From the NCBI GenBank assembly GCA_964594415.1, contig CAZQLQ010000004.1:19162-83161 (forward strand): a stretch of DNA of 64,000 nucleotides. The letters run 5' to 3'. Source of the stretch: an uncultured Candidatus Saccharibacteria bacterium (GTDB taxonomy: Bacteria; Patescibacteriota; CPR2; UBA1875; CAIMLA01). Positions within the stretch are counted from its first letter, which is position 1. Each line of letters opens with the position of its first letter. The notes under the pieces were generated by a model, which was not told the DNA's origin, did no database searches, and saw only the letters and a program-made list of their open reading frames with translations. Made by a program: the position numbers and the translations under genes. Of this stretch, positions 9,694 to 19,306 are shown piece after piece.

Positions 9694-9745
9694 CTCCCCT
9701 TGGGACTGCCAAAGAAAACACATCACTGCAAGGTGGTTTTTTTTA
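9694..9745 (+). repeat. direct repeat copy 2 (tRNA-Glu 3'-end fragment + hairpin/T-run; no full tRNA)
   Basis: ctccccttgggactgccaaagaaaacacatcactgcaaggtggtttttttt; 3 substitutions relative to copy 1; preceded by a short GC hairpin but no cloverleaf. Confidence 0.8.
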
Positions 9746-9815
9746 TTTTTTATAAGCCAAAAAGGTTAATCTATTGATTGACAGCTCAAGGGCAAACAAA
9801 TATAATTTTTACAGT

Positions 9816-10535
9816 ATGTCAAATATAAACAGAGCAATCCTAAAATTGAGCGGGGAACTATTTCAGGGCGAAAATGGGCATATTAGTTTTGAACAATATG
9901 AATATGTGGCAAAGCAGTTGGTCAGTATTCAAAATAAAACAAAAATTCAGCTGGCAATAGTAATAGGCGGAGGAAATATTTTTCGGGGCAGACAGGCCAG
10001 TAGCGAAATAGACCACAACGAAGCCGATTCTATGGGAATGATGGCAACAATCATAAATGGTATTGGCCTTAGAGAAGCATTAATCAGAATGGGAGCCACA
10101 GATGCACGATTGGCAACCTCAATAAGCATCCCACAGATAGCTGAGCCTTATATTAGAACAAAGGGACGCCATCACCTAAATAACAACAGGCTGGTAATTC
10201 TTGCGGGCGGATTAGGAATGCCAAACTTCTCTACAGATTCAGCTGTGGCACAATATGCCAGCGAACTTCAATGTGAAATTATTTTAAAAGCAAGTACTAT
10301 TGACGGAGTTTACGATTCGGATCCTAAGGGAAATAAAAATGCAAAAAAGTATTCTAAATTGACACACCTGGAAGCACTGGAGAAAAGATTAAACGTTATG
10401 GACAGAACGGCTTTTGCCATGTGTGAGAAGTCGAATATTCCAATATTTGTCTTTGATATTAAAAATCTAAATAGACTCACTGACATAATAAACAGCGATT
10501 ATTCGTTTGGCACTTTGATTAGCAGTCAAAAATAA
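9816..10535 (+). CDS. pyrH: UMP kinase
   Basis: 'AILKLSGELFQG' and 'VIGGGNIFRG' amino-acid-kinase motifs; start at ATG 9816 (MSNINRAILK…) preferred over ORF-track upstream start. Confidence 0.85.
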   Translation: MSNINRAILKLSGELFQGENGHISFEQYEYVAKQLVSIQNKTKIQLAIVIGGGNIFRGRQASSEIDHNEADSMGMMATIINGIGLREALIRMGATDARLATSISIPQIAEPYIRTKGRHHLNNNRLVILAGGLGMPNFSTDSAVAQYASELQCEIILKASTIDGVYDSDPKGNKNAKKYSKLTHLEALEKRLNVMDRTAFAMCEKSNIPIFVFDIKNLNRLTDIINSDYSFGTLISSQK

Positions 10536-10628
10536 ATATTAAGAATTCGGCTGTTTCTATTGTAAAAAGTTAAAAAAAATCATAAATTATAGTAAGTAGA
10601 ATAAATCAGACAAAAATCTGGAGGGAAA

Positions 10629-11930
10629 ATGGCGATTAAACCGCTAGTTAACTATATAAACGACGAACTAAAAAAGGGGAAGAGCAAAGAAACCATAAGA
10701 ATTGAGTTAATGAATGGCGGCTGGCAATTAGAAAGTGTTAGCGAAGCCTTTTATGAAGTCGATAAAAATGACAAATCGTTGAATACGCCGGCTAAAGAGA
10801 TTGAATCTTCAGTAGCTCCAAGCCCATCAGAAAAAACCTCAGAATCAGACAAGTCTTCTAGCATATCTCCAAATGCAGCACCTAAGCCACCCGAGCAACA
10901 AGTTGCAGAAGAGAGAAAAGAGAACATTTCGCCGCTTCAACAACAAAAAAAGGACTCTGACAAACCCCTCAAGCCACCCTTTCCCAGACTGGGTCTAACA
11001 CTGGGTGAGGCATGGGATATTTACAAAAGGAGATTCTGGACTCTCATAGCACTAATGTTTTTCACATATACCATAAATAGTACATTCTTGGTTTTCATGA
11101 GCAACATAATGCTGGGAGACATCAGACAAGTCTTTTTTGATAAGGATTACTTTGGCCTAATTTTATTCCTAATCATATATTTCTTGATTCCCTTTATAGT
11201 ATTAGTAGGAGAAACTTGGGGAACTACTTCACTTTTATTTGCAATCACACATCACAATGAGAGCGCAGGAATCGTAAAATCACTTAGTAAGGGGTGGGGG
11301 AAGATTCTGTCATACTGGTGGTTATCAATTCTAATTTTTTTCATAGTTTTTGGAGGTTCAATCTTTATCATACCAGGACTAATACTCCCGGTTAGCTTTA
11401 GCCTAGCTAGTTTTATATTGATGAATGAAAAAATTTCTCCTTTCGATGCGCTCCTAAAAAGCCGAGAATATGTAAGAAATTATTGGTGGAGCGTTTTCTC
11501 AAGGCTTTTTCTACTTGGAGGAGTTTATTTCATAATTACCACTATTGTAAGCGCAGTTTCCATCGTTTCATGGAATATTTTTAAGGAAATGGAAATTATA
11601 AATGTACCAATAAGCGACGCTACTATGACTCAAATAGGCATTGATCTTTTTTCAATTTTCACCTTTCCGCTTTTACTCGCCTATACTTATTCCATTTATG
11701 ATGGTCTTAGGGCAATAAAAAGCGGATTCACATTTGAGAGTTCTATACTTAAAAAGGTGCCTTATGGATTTCTTGGCATAATCGGATTATTAGGGTTAAT
11801 TGTATTAATCCTCTTTTTACTTTATACTTACGCCATTGATGAGGGGATTCCAGCCGTAAATTATATCGTAAATAATTCAAAATACCTGATAGATATAGCA
11901 AGAGAAGGTATTCAGAGTTACTTTTATTAA
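10629..11930 (+). CDS. hypothetical polytopic membrane protein with N-terminal soluble domain and S/P/K-rich disordered linker
   Basis: 433 aa; GGAGGG SD; residues ~50–120 low-complexity (SPSEKTSESDKSSSISPNAAPKPPEQQ); C-terminal ~300 aa with ≥6 hydrophobic helices. Confidence 0.5.
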   Translation: MAIKPLVNYINDELKKGKSKETIRIELMNGGWQLESVSEAFYEVDKNDKSLNTPAKEIESSVAPSPSEKTSESDKSSSISPNAAPKPPEQQVAEERKENISPLQQQKKDSDKPLKPPFPRLGLTLGEAWDIYKRRFWTLIALMFFTYTINSTFLVFMSNIMLGDIRQVFFDKDYFGLILFLIIYFLIPFIVLVGETWGTTSLLFAITHHNESAGIVKSLSKGWGKILSYWWLSILIFFIVFGGSIFIIPGLILPVSFSLASFILMNEKISPFDALLKSREYVRNYWWSVFSRLFLLGGVYFIITTIVSAVSIVSWNIFKEMEIINVPISDATMTQIGIDLFSIFTFPLLLAYTYSIYDGLRAIKSGFTFESSILKKVPYGFLGIIGLLGLIVLILFLLYTYAIDEGIPAVNYIVNNSKYLIDIAREGIQSYFY

Positions 11931-11941
11931 TTTGTTAAAAA

Positions 11942-12919
11942 ATGTTTGAACAAAAAAATTTTTTAGAGTTTTTAAAAAACAAAAAGCTTGTATCAATAAT
12001 ACTTTTTCTCATTGTAATGGCCGGCATCTCCCTGACGATAAATAATTACAGAAAAAACGCAGATACAGCTATTTCAGCCAGTGCTAATAGTATTGTGGAT
12101 AATGAGAAGTATGCAATAGACGAAAACACGAAAAACTTTCATCCGTCTTTTGAATGGCTTCAGGAAAATCCTCAAGACATAGATGTCACAGCGAATTCTG
12201 CAATTGTTATTGACGAGAATACTGGAAATGTTCTTTTTGCAAAAAACGAACATGACAGCCTACCTCCAGCAAGTATTACAAAAATCATGACAGCAATTAT
12301 TGCGAGTGAAAACATTAATAAAAACGATCTCTGTACTGTATCGGAAAAGGCCGCTGCCACTGAGCCAAACAAAATAGTCATGAAAGAGGGGGAGCGGTTA
12401 AGATCCGAGGATTTACTTTATGGGTTAATGATGATCTCAGCAAACGACGCAGCAGAAGTACTTGCCGAATCAATAGACGGCAACAGACAAACCTTTATAA
12501 ATCTTATGAATGAGAAAGTTAGACTTCTGGGCCTAAATAGTACTGATTTCAAAAATCCGAGTGGACTAGATGAAGAAGGGCACCTATCAAGTGCCTTTGA
12601 CATTGCAGTGATGACAAGATATGCGATAAAAAGTTACCCTGAAATTCTCAGCTATATGGGAGAAAAAGAGGATTACAGCGTATACCCAACAGAAGAAAAC
12701 GAATCTCACTGGTGGAGCCATATTAGCAGTCTCTTATATAATTACCGTGGTGCTGATGGGGTTAAGACAGGCTATACCGAAAACGCGAATCACACGTTAA
12801 TAGCAACAGCACAAAGAGAGGGAAAAAGAATTATTATCGTTTATTTTGGATCAAGTGATTCTACGGGTGATGCGGTTAAACTATTAGACCTTGGATTTTC
12901 AATTAATACAGGTGTATAA
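11942..12919 (+). CDS. D-alanyl-D-alanine carboxypeptidase (PBP5/peptidase S11-like)
   Basis: SxxK 'SITK', SxN 'SAND', KTG 'KTGYT' motifs in canonical order; N-terminal signal/anchor. Confidence 0.8.
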   Translation: MFEQKNFLEFLKNKKLVSIILFLIVMAGISLTINNYRKNADTAISASANSIVDNEKYAIDENTKNFHPSFEWLQENPQDIDVTANSAIVIDENTGNVLFAKNEHDSLPPASITKIMTAIIASENINKNDLCTVSEKAAATEPNKIVMKEGERLRSEDLLYGLMMISANDAAEVLAESIDGNRQTFINLMNEKVRLLGLNSTDFKNPSGLDEEGHLSSAFDIAVMTRYAIKSYPEILSYMGEKEDYSVYPTEENESHWWSHISSLLYNYRGADGVKTGYTENANHTLIATAQREGKRIIIVYFGSSDSTGDAVKLLDLGFSINTGV

Positions 12920-12964
12920 TTTAGTAAGTTTGATATAAAATGCTTATTGGAGGGTAAATATTCA

Positions 12965-14614
12965 ATGCTCGGGGTTGGAGGAAAAGCTCGAAAAATAATT
13001 GCACTACTTTCACTAGTCTCAGGTGCAACTTTTATTTTATTAAATTTTAAATTTCCAGAAATAATTTCAAAGACATACCATTACAATAATGCAAAATTTA
13101 CTCTTTTGGCTAGTTTCATTATTTGCTTCTACTCTTTGTTTTATCTTATTTTGTATAAACTAGACACCGATGCTACCTTTGGAACACTTATTATCCTAGA
13201 TACCATTTTGTCTTTGTTGGTTCTTGATTTTCTCGGTGGTATTTTTGGCGGTTACGTCTTTCTTCTCTATATTGTAATTGCTTGCGGTTACGCTATTGAC
13301 TACAAATGGGGCAGTTTGACGGCTCTGGTTGTGCTTATGTATGTGTTTCTATCTTTTTATTTTAATGACTTTGGCAATCTTAGTATCTTCTCGACAATAT
13401 TTGGGTCAATAATAGTCTATTCCTTAATAATGTGGCGGATTAGTAATAATTATCTTAAGAATATCAACGAAAAGAATGAACACGAAAAGGCCGATAACGA
13501 ACTTAATATGAATATTTCAAAAGAATCTGCAATACTTTCAACTATTGCAGACGGAGTGTACGCTATAGATAATGACCGTAATATCACCATGCTTAATGCT
13601 GCAGCAGAACAGATAACGGGCTGGACTGCGGAGGAGGCGATCGGCATGAAGTGCTGGAATGTTATGAATCTTAAGGACCAGCAAGATAACAATGTATGCC
13701 AAAATGACTGCCCTGCTCTAAGTGTTTGGACAAAAGGGAAAACCATTATGAGAGATGATACTTGCTTATTAAGGCATAGAGGAGGTAAAAGTATACAGAT
13801 TTCTAGTTCCTATTCTCCAATAAAAGACAAGAATGACATAATAAAAGGGGCTATCTGTATTTTTCAAGATATTACAAAGAAGAAAGAAACCGAAAGATTA
13901 AAGAATGAGTTTGTTTCAACGGCTTCTCACGAGTTAAGAACCCCGATAACCGCACTGGAAGGGTATATCTCTCTTATAGAAAACGATAAGATTTGCAAAA
14001 TAGACGAAAAAGCAGCCGATTACTCCAAAAAAGCTCATGACGTAGCAATGGGGATGTCAAACCTAATCCAAAACCTTCTCATGGTAACAAGACTTGAAGA
14101 AGGAAAAGTAAAAACAGTTATAACCAATTTCAGTATTTACGACTTAATTAAAGAGTCGATTGATAATATGCAAGTGAGCGCACAGAAAAAAAATTTATAT
14201 TTGAAGATAGTTGAGGACTCAAACGAGAGCATTGCTTTTGAGAAAACTCTAGGAAGATCATTGAACGTTACCGCAGATCGCGAACAAATAAGAGAAGTGA
14301 TCTATAATTTAGTTGAAAACGCTTTAAAATTTACCTCCGAAGGGGGCGTCTCAGTTTCAGTTTCTTACGACAAAGACGTAGCAACTGTTTGCATAAAAGA
14401 CTCGGGGATAGGGATTCCTGCTGATGCTCAAAAACATCTTTTTGAAAAATTTTATAGAGTTGATAATACAGCCACACGAGAGACTGGAGGAACAGGCTTG
14501 GGATTGTTTATAACACGAACCATAATAGAATCCTTTGGGGGAAAAATATGGCTCGAGAGCCAAATAGGAAAAGGAACAAAATTCTTCTTTACAATTCCTC
14601 GTAGTTTGGAATAA
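12965..14614 (+). CDS. sensor histidine kinase (multi-TM sensor – PAS – HisKA – HATPase_c)
   Basis: H-box 'STASHELRTPITAL'; G-boxes 'DSGIGIP…GGTGLGLFITRTII'; PAS-like 'ITGWTAEEAIGMKCW'; ATG 12965 with GGAGGG SD preferred over TTG 12947. Confidence 0.85.
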   Translation: MLGVGGKARKIIALLSLVSGATFILLNFKFPEIISKTYHYNNAKFTLLASFIICFYSLFYLILYKLDTDATFGTLIILDTILSLLVLDFLGGIFGGYVFLLYIVIACGYAIDYKWGSLTALVVLMYVFLSFYFNDFGNLSIFSTIFGSIIVYSLIMWRISNNYLKNINEKNEHEKADNELNMNISKESAILSTIADGVYAIDNDRNITMLNAAAEQITGWTAEEAIGMKCWNVMNLKDQQDNNVCQNDCPALSVWTKGKTIMRDDTCLLRHRGGKSIQISSSYSPIKDKNDIIKGAICIFQDITKKKETERLKNEFVSTASHELRTPITALEGYISLIENDKICKIDEKAADYSKKAHDVAMGMSNLIQNLLMVTRLEEGKVKTVITNFSIYDLIKESIDNMQVSAQKKNLYLKIVEDSNESIAFEKTLGRSLNVTADREQIREVIYNLVENALKFTSEGGVSVSVSYDKDVATVCIKDSGIGIPADAQKHLFEKFYRVDNTATRETGGTGLGLFITRTIIESFGGKIWLESQIGKGTKFFFTIPRSLE

Positions 14615-14653
14615 TATAATAAGCAAGGTTATTAACGAATAAACGGAGTTTTT

Positions 14654-15022
14654 ATGGCTAAATTAATGATAGTTGAAGATGATTCAGCATTAAGAGACAT
14701 CTATTCAACCAGATTTACCGCTGAAGGATTTGATGTTGTTACAGCAGCTGATGGAGAGATGGCGCTTACCGTTGCCGTAAAAGAAAAACCCGACTTAATA
14801 GTCCTAGACGTTATGATGCCAAAAATCAGCGGTTTTGATGTACTAGACATCCTGAGGGCAACCCCAGAAACAAAAGACTGCAAAATAGTGATGATGACGG
14901 CTCTTTCCCAAGAGTCTGACATAGAGAGAGGAAAAGCACTAGGAGTAGATGAATACTTGGTAAAATCACAGGTAACCCTAACAGACGCCGTAGAAAGAGT
15001 AAAACAAGTTCTTGCCAGATAG
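14654..15022 (+). CDS. single-domain response regulator (CheY-like receiver only)
   Basis: 122 aa; 'IVEDD…LIVLDVMMPKISGFDVL…K' receiver motifs; no output domain. Confidence 0.85.
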   Translation: MAKLMIVEDDSALRDIYSTRFTAEGFDVVTAADGEMALTVAVKEKPDLIVLDVMMPKISGFDVLDILRATPETKDCKIVMMTALSQESDIERGKALGVDEYLVKSQVTLTDAVERVKQVLAR

Positions 15023-15044
15023 AGTATAGTATTTGATGTTACAA

Positions 15045-15070
15045 AAAGAGCCCAAAAAGGCTCTTTTTTA
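15045..15070 (+). terminator. rho-independent terminator
   Basis: AGAGCC-caaaaa-GGCTCT then TTTTTT, right after receiver gene. Confidence 0.7.
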
Positions 15071-15123
15071 TTTACCTATAAGGCTAATTTTGATATAATC
15101 AACTGTAAATGAAAGGCAAAGAA

Positions 15124-16428
15124 ATGGAAAGAGTACTAACAACCGATATCTCAAAACACATCGGAAAAGAAATAATATTATCTGGATGGGTACATAAACT
15201 CAGAAAAATGGGAGCTATCAGCTTTCTCGTTATTAGAGACCGCTCAGGGCTTGCACAGGCTATCATCGAAAAGGATTCTGAAAATTTAAAATTAAACGAG
15301 CTTACTACTGAAACCGTGGTGAAAGTAAAAGGACTCATAATTTCCGAGGGAAGAGCACCTCACGGAGCAGAAATGCATGTTTCAGAAATAACGATAATCT
15401 CTCCTGTAAAAGAAGATATTCCGGTGGCAATAAACAAAAAAGAGCTAAACGTTAACCTGGATACCTTGCTTGACAACAGGCCAATCACCCTTAGAGCACC
15501 TAAACAAAAAGCTATTTTTAAAGTCCAAGGTACAATTCTAAGATCCTTTAGAGAATTTTTAGAAAAAAATGATTTTCTAGAATTTCATTCACCAAAAATT
15601 GTTTCCTCTGGTGTTGAGACTGGCGGTGCAGAAATGTTCGCCGTTAATTATTTTGGGAAAAAAACTTATCTTTCCCAAAGTCCACAAATGTACAAACAAA
15701 TGCTAGTAGGGGTTTACGAAAGGGTGTTCGAAGCCTCTTCAATGTTTAGGGCCGAAAAGCACAGTACCTCAAGGCATCTAAACGAATACGTCAGTATGGA
15801 TTTAGAAATGGGCTTTATCGATTCCTACGAGGATATTATGAATTTAGAGCAAGATTATCTCAAATTTCTTACTGAAAACCTGAAGAAAGAATGCACAGAG
15901 GAGTTTGAAATCTTGGAAAGCAATATTCCAAACATTCCTAATAAAATTCCAAGACTTAAACTCACAGAAGCGCAGGAAATATTGGAAAAAGAATACAAAG
16001 AAAAGTGCTTAGGCGCTCCAGACCTTGATCCGAAACAAGAAAAATTGATTTGTGAGTACTCAGCACAAAAGTTAGACAGCGAATTTGTATTCATTACCCA
16101 CTATCCGAGCAAAAAGCGACCTTTCTACACTTACGACGATCCTACAAACCCAAAAGAGACTCTAAGCTTTGACCTCCTTTTTAGAGGTTTAGAGGTTACT
16201 ACTGGCGGCCAAAGATTACATCTTTATGAAGATTACATTACAAAGATGAAAGAAAGAGGAATGAACCCAGATAATTTCACTGAATATTTGAGTGTCTTCA
16301 AATTTGGGATGCCACCTCATGGAGGACTTGCTATAGGCCTTGAAAGACTTACCGCCAGACTGCTAAACCTTGATAACGTTCGCGAAGCAAGCTTCTTCCC
16401 CCGTGATATAAATAGAATTAAACCGTAA
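15124..16428 (+). CDS. aspS: aspartyl-tRNA synthetase, archaeal/eukaryal type (class IIb; likely non-discriminating)
   Basis: N-terminal OB fold; class II motifs 'FRAEKHSTSRHLNEYVSMDLE' and 'GMPPHGGLAIGLERL'; C-terminus 'FPRDINRIKP' matches archaeal-type AspRS 'FPRD…P' (AsnRS ends FPRTP); second ATG (MERVLTT…) aligns with AspRS N-termini. Confidence 0.75.
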   Translation: MERVLTTDISKHIGKEIILSGWVHKLRKMGAISFLVIRDRSGLAQAIIEKDSENLKLNELTTETVVKVKGLIISEGRAPHGAEMHVSEITIISPVKEDIPVAINKKELNVNLDTLLDNRPITLRAPKQKAIFKVQGTILRSFREFLEKNDFLEFHSPKIVSSGVETGGAEMFAVNYFGKKTYLSQSPQMYKQMLVGVYERVFEASSMFRAEKHSTSRHLNEYVSMDLEMGFIDSYEDIMNLEQDYLKFLTENLKKECTEEFEILESNIPNIPNKIPRLKLTEAQEILEKEYKEKCLGAPDLDPKQEKLICEYSAQKLDSEFVFITHYPSKKRPFYTYDDPTNPKETLSFDLLFRGLEVTTGGQRLHLYEDYITKMKERGMNPDNFTEYLSVFKFGMPPHGGLAIGLERLTARLLNLDNVREASFFPRDINRIKP

Positions 16429-16429
16429 A

Positions 16430-17125
16430 ATGTATACAATCAAAAATGAACAATTTGAGGGCCCACTAGACCTATTATTACAGCTGATCGAAAGAGAAAA
16501 GCTAGACATCTGCGAACTCTCATTGGCTAAAATAACAAATGAATACCTAGAACGAATTTATTCTATTGAAGCAGTTGGAGAAGAAATTGCTAATTTCTTA
16601 GTGGTTGCCTCGAAGTTACTTTATATTAAATCAAAGAGACTTATTCCAGACATAGCAACAGAGGATGAAGAAGAAGAGATAAAAGACTTGGAATTAAGAT
16701 TAAAGGAATATCAAAAATACAAAAATGCCGCAAAAGAATTCGGGAAAATTTTAAAAACAGAAAATAGAAGCTGGAAAAGAAAAGCAAAAAACGAAAAAAC
16801 AGTTAATTTCATTCCACCAAAAGACGTCAATAAGCAAAAACTTTACCTAATATTCCAAGATATCTTAAAAAAGATAAATGAAGAGTCTCAAGAAGAGCAA
16901 ATCGTCGAAATAAAAAGATACTCAATGGAAGAAAAAAGGGACTACCTTAGAACTATTCTTTCTAATTCAAATAGGATTTCCTTTAGAACAATTTTATCCA
17001 AATCAAAACACAAAGAAGAGGTTATTGTGACTTTTCTGGCAATTCTAGAAATGATAAAACAAAAAGAAATTACCGTGAATCAGAAAAATAATTTTGCGGA
17101 TTTTAGCATCGAGGGTTTAAAATAG
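16430..17125 (+). CDS. scpA: segregation and condensation protein A
   Basis: 'FEGPLDLLLQLIEREKLDICELSLAKIT' ScpA N-terminal signature. Confidence 0.85.
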   Translation: MYTIKNEQFEGPLDLLLQLIEREKLDICELSLAKITNEYLERIYSIEAVGEEIANFLVVASKLLYIKSKRLIPDIATEDEEEEIKDLELRLKEYQKYKNAAKEFGKILKTENRSWKRKAKNEKTVNFIPPKDVNKQKLYLIFQDILKKINEESQEEQIVEIKRYSMEEKRDYLRTILSNSNRISFRTILSKSKHKEEVIVTFLAILEMIKQKEITVNQKNNFADFSIEGLK

Positions 17126-17129
17126 AGCT

Positions 17130-17687
17130 ATGAGCACCAATCAAGAAAAAAACCTTAATTTAATTCTAGAAAGCCTTCTTTTTGTTGCAGAAAAGCCTCT
17201 TAACATAAAAGAAATTGCCAATATAACCGGTTTTATGATAAGCGACATACAAAAAGCACTGAAAGAAATCAGCGAAGAATATGAAAAAAGAGGCATAAGA
17301 CTCATCAGAAAGGGAGAGTATTTTTCATTCGTTTCTGCCCCAGAAAATGCAAAATATGTAACTGCACTTCTAAACGAAGAGCTCCGTCACGATATTTCAG
17401 AAGCAGCTATCGAAACTTTGGCAATAATCACCTACAAGCAACCAATCACCAGGATTGAAATTGAAGAGATAAGGGGAGTAAGTTCTGAGCAACTAATTAG
17501 AAACCTCTTAATACGTGGCCTAGTTGCAGAAGTTGGCAGAAAAGAAACAGTAGGCAGACCCATACTTTACGGGACAACGATGGAATTTGTTCAATATTTT
17601 GGCTTAAATAACGAAGATTCTTTGCCTAAAATAGAAGAGTTAAAGCTTTTTACCAAATCAGACGACGATGAAATTGAGAATTTCTAA
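17130..17687 (+). CDS. scpB: segregation and condensation protein B
   Basis: 'LESLLFVAEKPLNIKEIA' ScpB winged-helix signature; directly after scpA. Confidence 0.85.
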   Translation: MSTNQEKNLNLILESLLFVAEKPLNIKEIANITGFMISDIQKALKEISEEYEKRGIRLIRKGEYFSFVSAPENAKYVTALLNEELRHDISEAAIETLAIITYKQPITRIEIEEIRGVSSEQLIRNLLIRGLVAEVGRKETVGRPILYGTTMEFVQYFGLNNEDSLPKIEELKLFTKSDDDEIENF

Positions 17688-18360
17688 ATACCTTTCCTCT
17701 TGCGGACTTGGAGCAAGAAGAAAATGCGAAGAAATGGTTGAAGACGGAAAAGTTTGCGTTAATGGTAACGTAGTTAACGACTTGGCTTTTAAAGTTGATG
17801 ATACAAGAGATGAGGTATTACTTGAAGGAAAAAAGATTACACCCCAAGAAAAGGTATATTATGCCCTAAATAAACCGATAGGGTATACTACAACGCTGTC
17901 AGACCCATACGCCCAAAAAACCATAATTGAATTGGTTCCTAATAAGCCATCTGTATGGCCCGTTGGAAGGCTAGACAAAAACACTTCTGGCCTAATTATT
18001 ATTACAAATGACGGGGAATTAACCCAAAACCTTACACATCCAAAGTTTGAAAAAGAAAAAGAATATGTTATTTCCCTGGATAGACCCTTAAAAGAGTTGG
18101 ATTTTAAAAAAATTAGAGAAGGAGTCTTGCTTGAAGACGGCTTAGTCAAACCTGATTTTTTCATAGAGAAAGGTAAAAAATATACGATAGTAATCCATGA
18201 AGGAAGAAAGAGGATTATTAGGAGATTGTTTAAGTCCCTGGGCTACACCGTTACCGAATTAACGCGCGTTAGAATATCCAATTTAAAGCTGAACAACCTC
18301 AAGCCAGGCTGTTTTCGCAAGTTATCAGACAATGAAGTAAAGGATCTTCAAAATGCATAA
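17668..18360 (+). CDS. pseudouridine synthase, RsuA/RluB family (S4 domain + catalytic domain)
   Basis: S4 'LRISKYLSSCGLGARRKCEEMVEDGKVCVNG'; catalytic 'GRLDKNTSGLIIITNDGEL' with conserved Asp. Confidence 0.8.
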   Translation: MKLRISKYLSSCGLGARRKCEEMVEDGKVCVNGNVVNDLAFKVDDTRDEVLLEGKKITPQEKVYYALNKPIGYTTTLSDPYAQKTIIELVPNKPSVWPVGRLDKNTSGLIIITNDGELTQNLTHPKFEKEKEYVISLDRPLKELDFKKIREGVLLEDGLVKPDFFIEKGKKYTIVIHEGRKRIIRRLFKSLGYTVTELTRVRISNLKLNNLKPGCFRKLSDNEVKDLQNA

Positions 18361-19279
18361 GATATTAATCGCACTAATGCTTATAAATAACTTGACCCCC
18401 TGTTGGCTTGACTTTGGCCAAAACAAGATGCTAGTGGACAAAACCTACGATGAGTTTAAAGAAAAAGAAGACTCCGAAAAGGGAAGCAAGCCGACCGACC
18501 AACTTAATCTTGAAGTCAGCAAAAACCCTTTCAAAATAAATGGAAGTAGCTTAAATTATTTAACGTCTAAAGCAGTTTTAGCGATAGATACAGAAAGCAA
18601 TGAAGCGCTTTATAGCAAAAAGGAAGATGAAAAGCTACAGATTGCAAGCCTTACCAAATTGATGACCGCATACGTGATCTTAAAAGAAAACGAGCTTAGC
18701 GAGATTGTTACCGTTCCAAAGATAATCAGTCAGTCAGGGGATTCTTTGATGGGAATATACGAGAACGAAAAAATTACAACCGAAAGCTTGCTTTACGGGT
18801 TGCTTATTAATTCTGGAAATGATGCCGCGCAGGCTCTCGCAATATACGATTCCGGCACATTAGAAGATTTTACTATTAAAATGAACCGATACGCAGAAAT
18901 TATCGGACTAACAAACACTCACTATTCAAATCCTGTTGGTTGGGATAACAAAGAAAATTATTCAACCGCCAAAGACATAGCAAATCTAACAAGAATACTA
19001 CTCAGAAACGCTGAATTCAAAAAAATCATAAGTAACAAAAATTTCACCGTCTATACTGAAGACGGCAGAGCTATTAATCTTACAAATACAAACAAGCTGC
19101 TTGATAATATAAGTTATTTTGGGGTAAAAACAGGGTTTACATTAGGTGCAGGTGAGTGCTTCGTATCCCTCATAAAACAAAATAATAACGAAGTCCTTAC
19201 CGTAGTTATAGGTTCAAATGATCGTTTTGGCGAAACAACAACACTTAAAGAGTGGATTTATAGTGCCTTTTTATGGTAA
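18353..19279 (+). CDS. D-alanyl-D-alanine carboxypeptidase (PBP5-like), second paralogue
   Basis: 'SLTK' (SxxK), 'SGND' (SxN), 'KTGFT' (KTG). Confidence 0.8.
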   Translation: MHKILIALMLINNLTPCWLDFGQNKMLVDKTYDEFKEKEDSEKGSKPTDQLNLEVSKNPFKINGSSLNYLTSKAVLAIDTESNEALYSKKEDEKLQIASLTKLMTAYVILKENELSEIVTVPKIISQSGDSLMGIYENEKITTESLLYGLLINSGNDAAQALAIYDSGTLEDFTIKMNRYAEIIGLTNTHYSNPVGWDNKENYSTAKDIANLTRILLRNAEFKKIISNKNFTVYTEDGRAINLTNTNKLLDNISYFGVKTGFTLGAGECFVSLIKQNNNEVLTVVIGSNDRFGETTTLKEWIYSAFLW

Positions 19280-19306
19280 AATAGAGTGTCAAATAATTAA
19301 ACTAGG

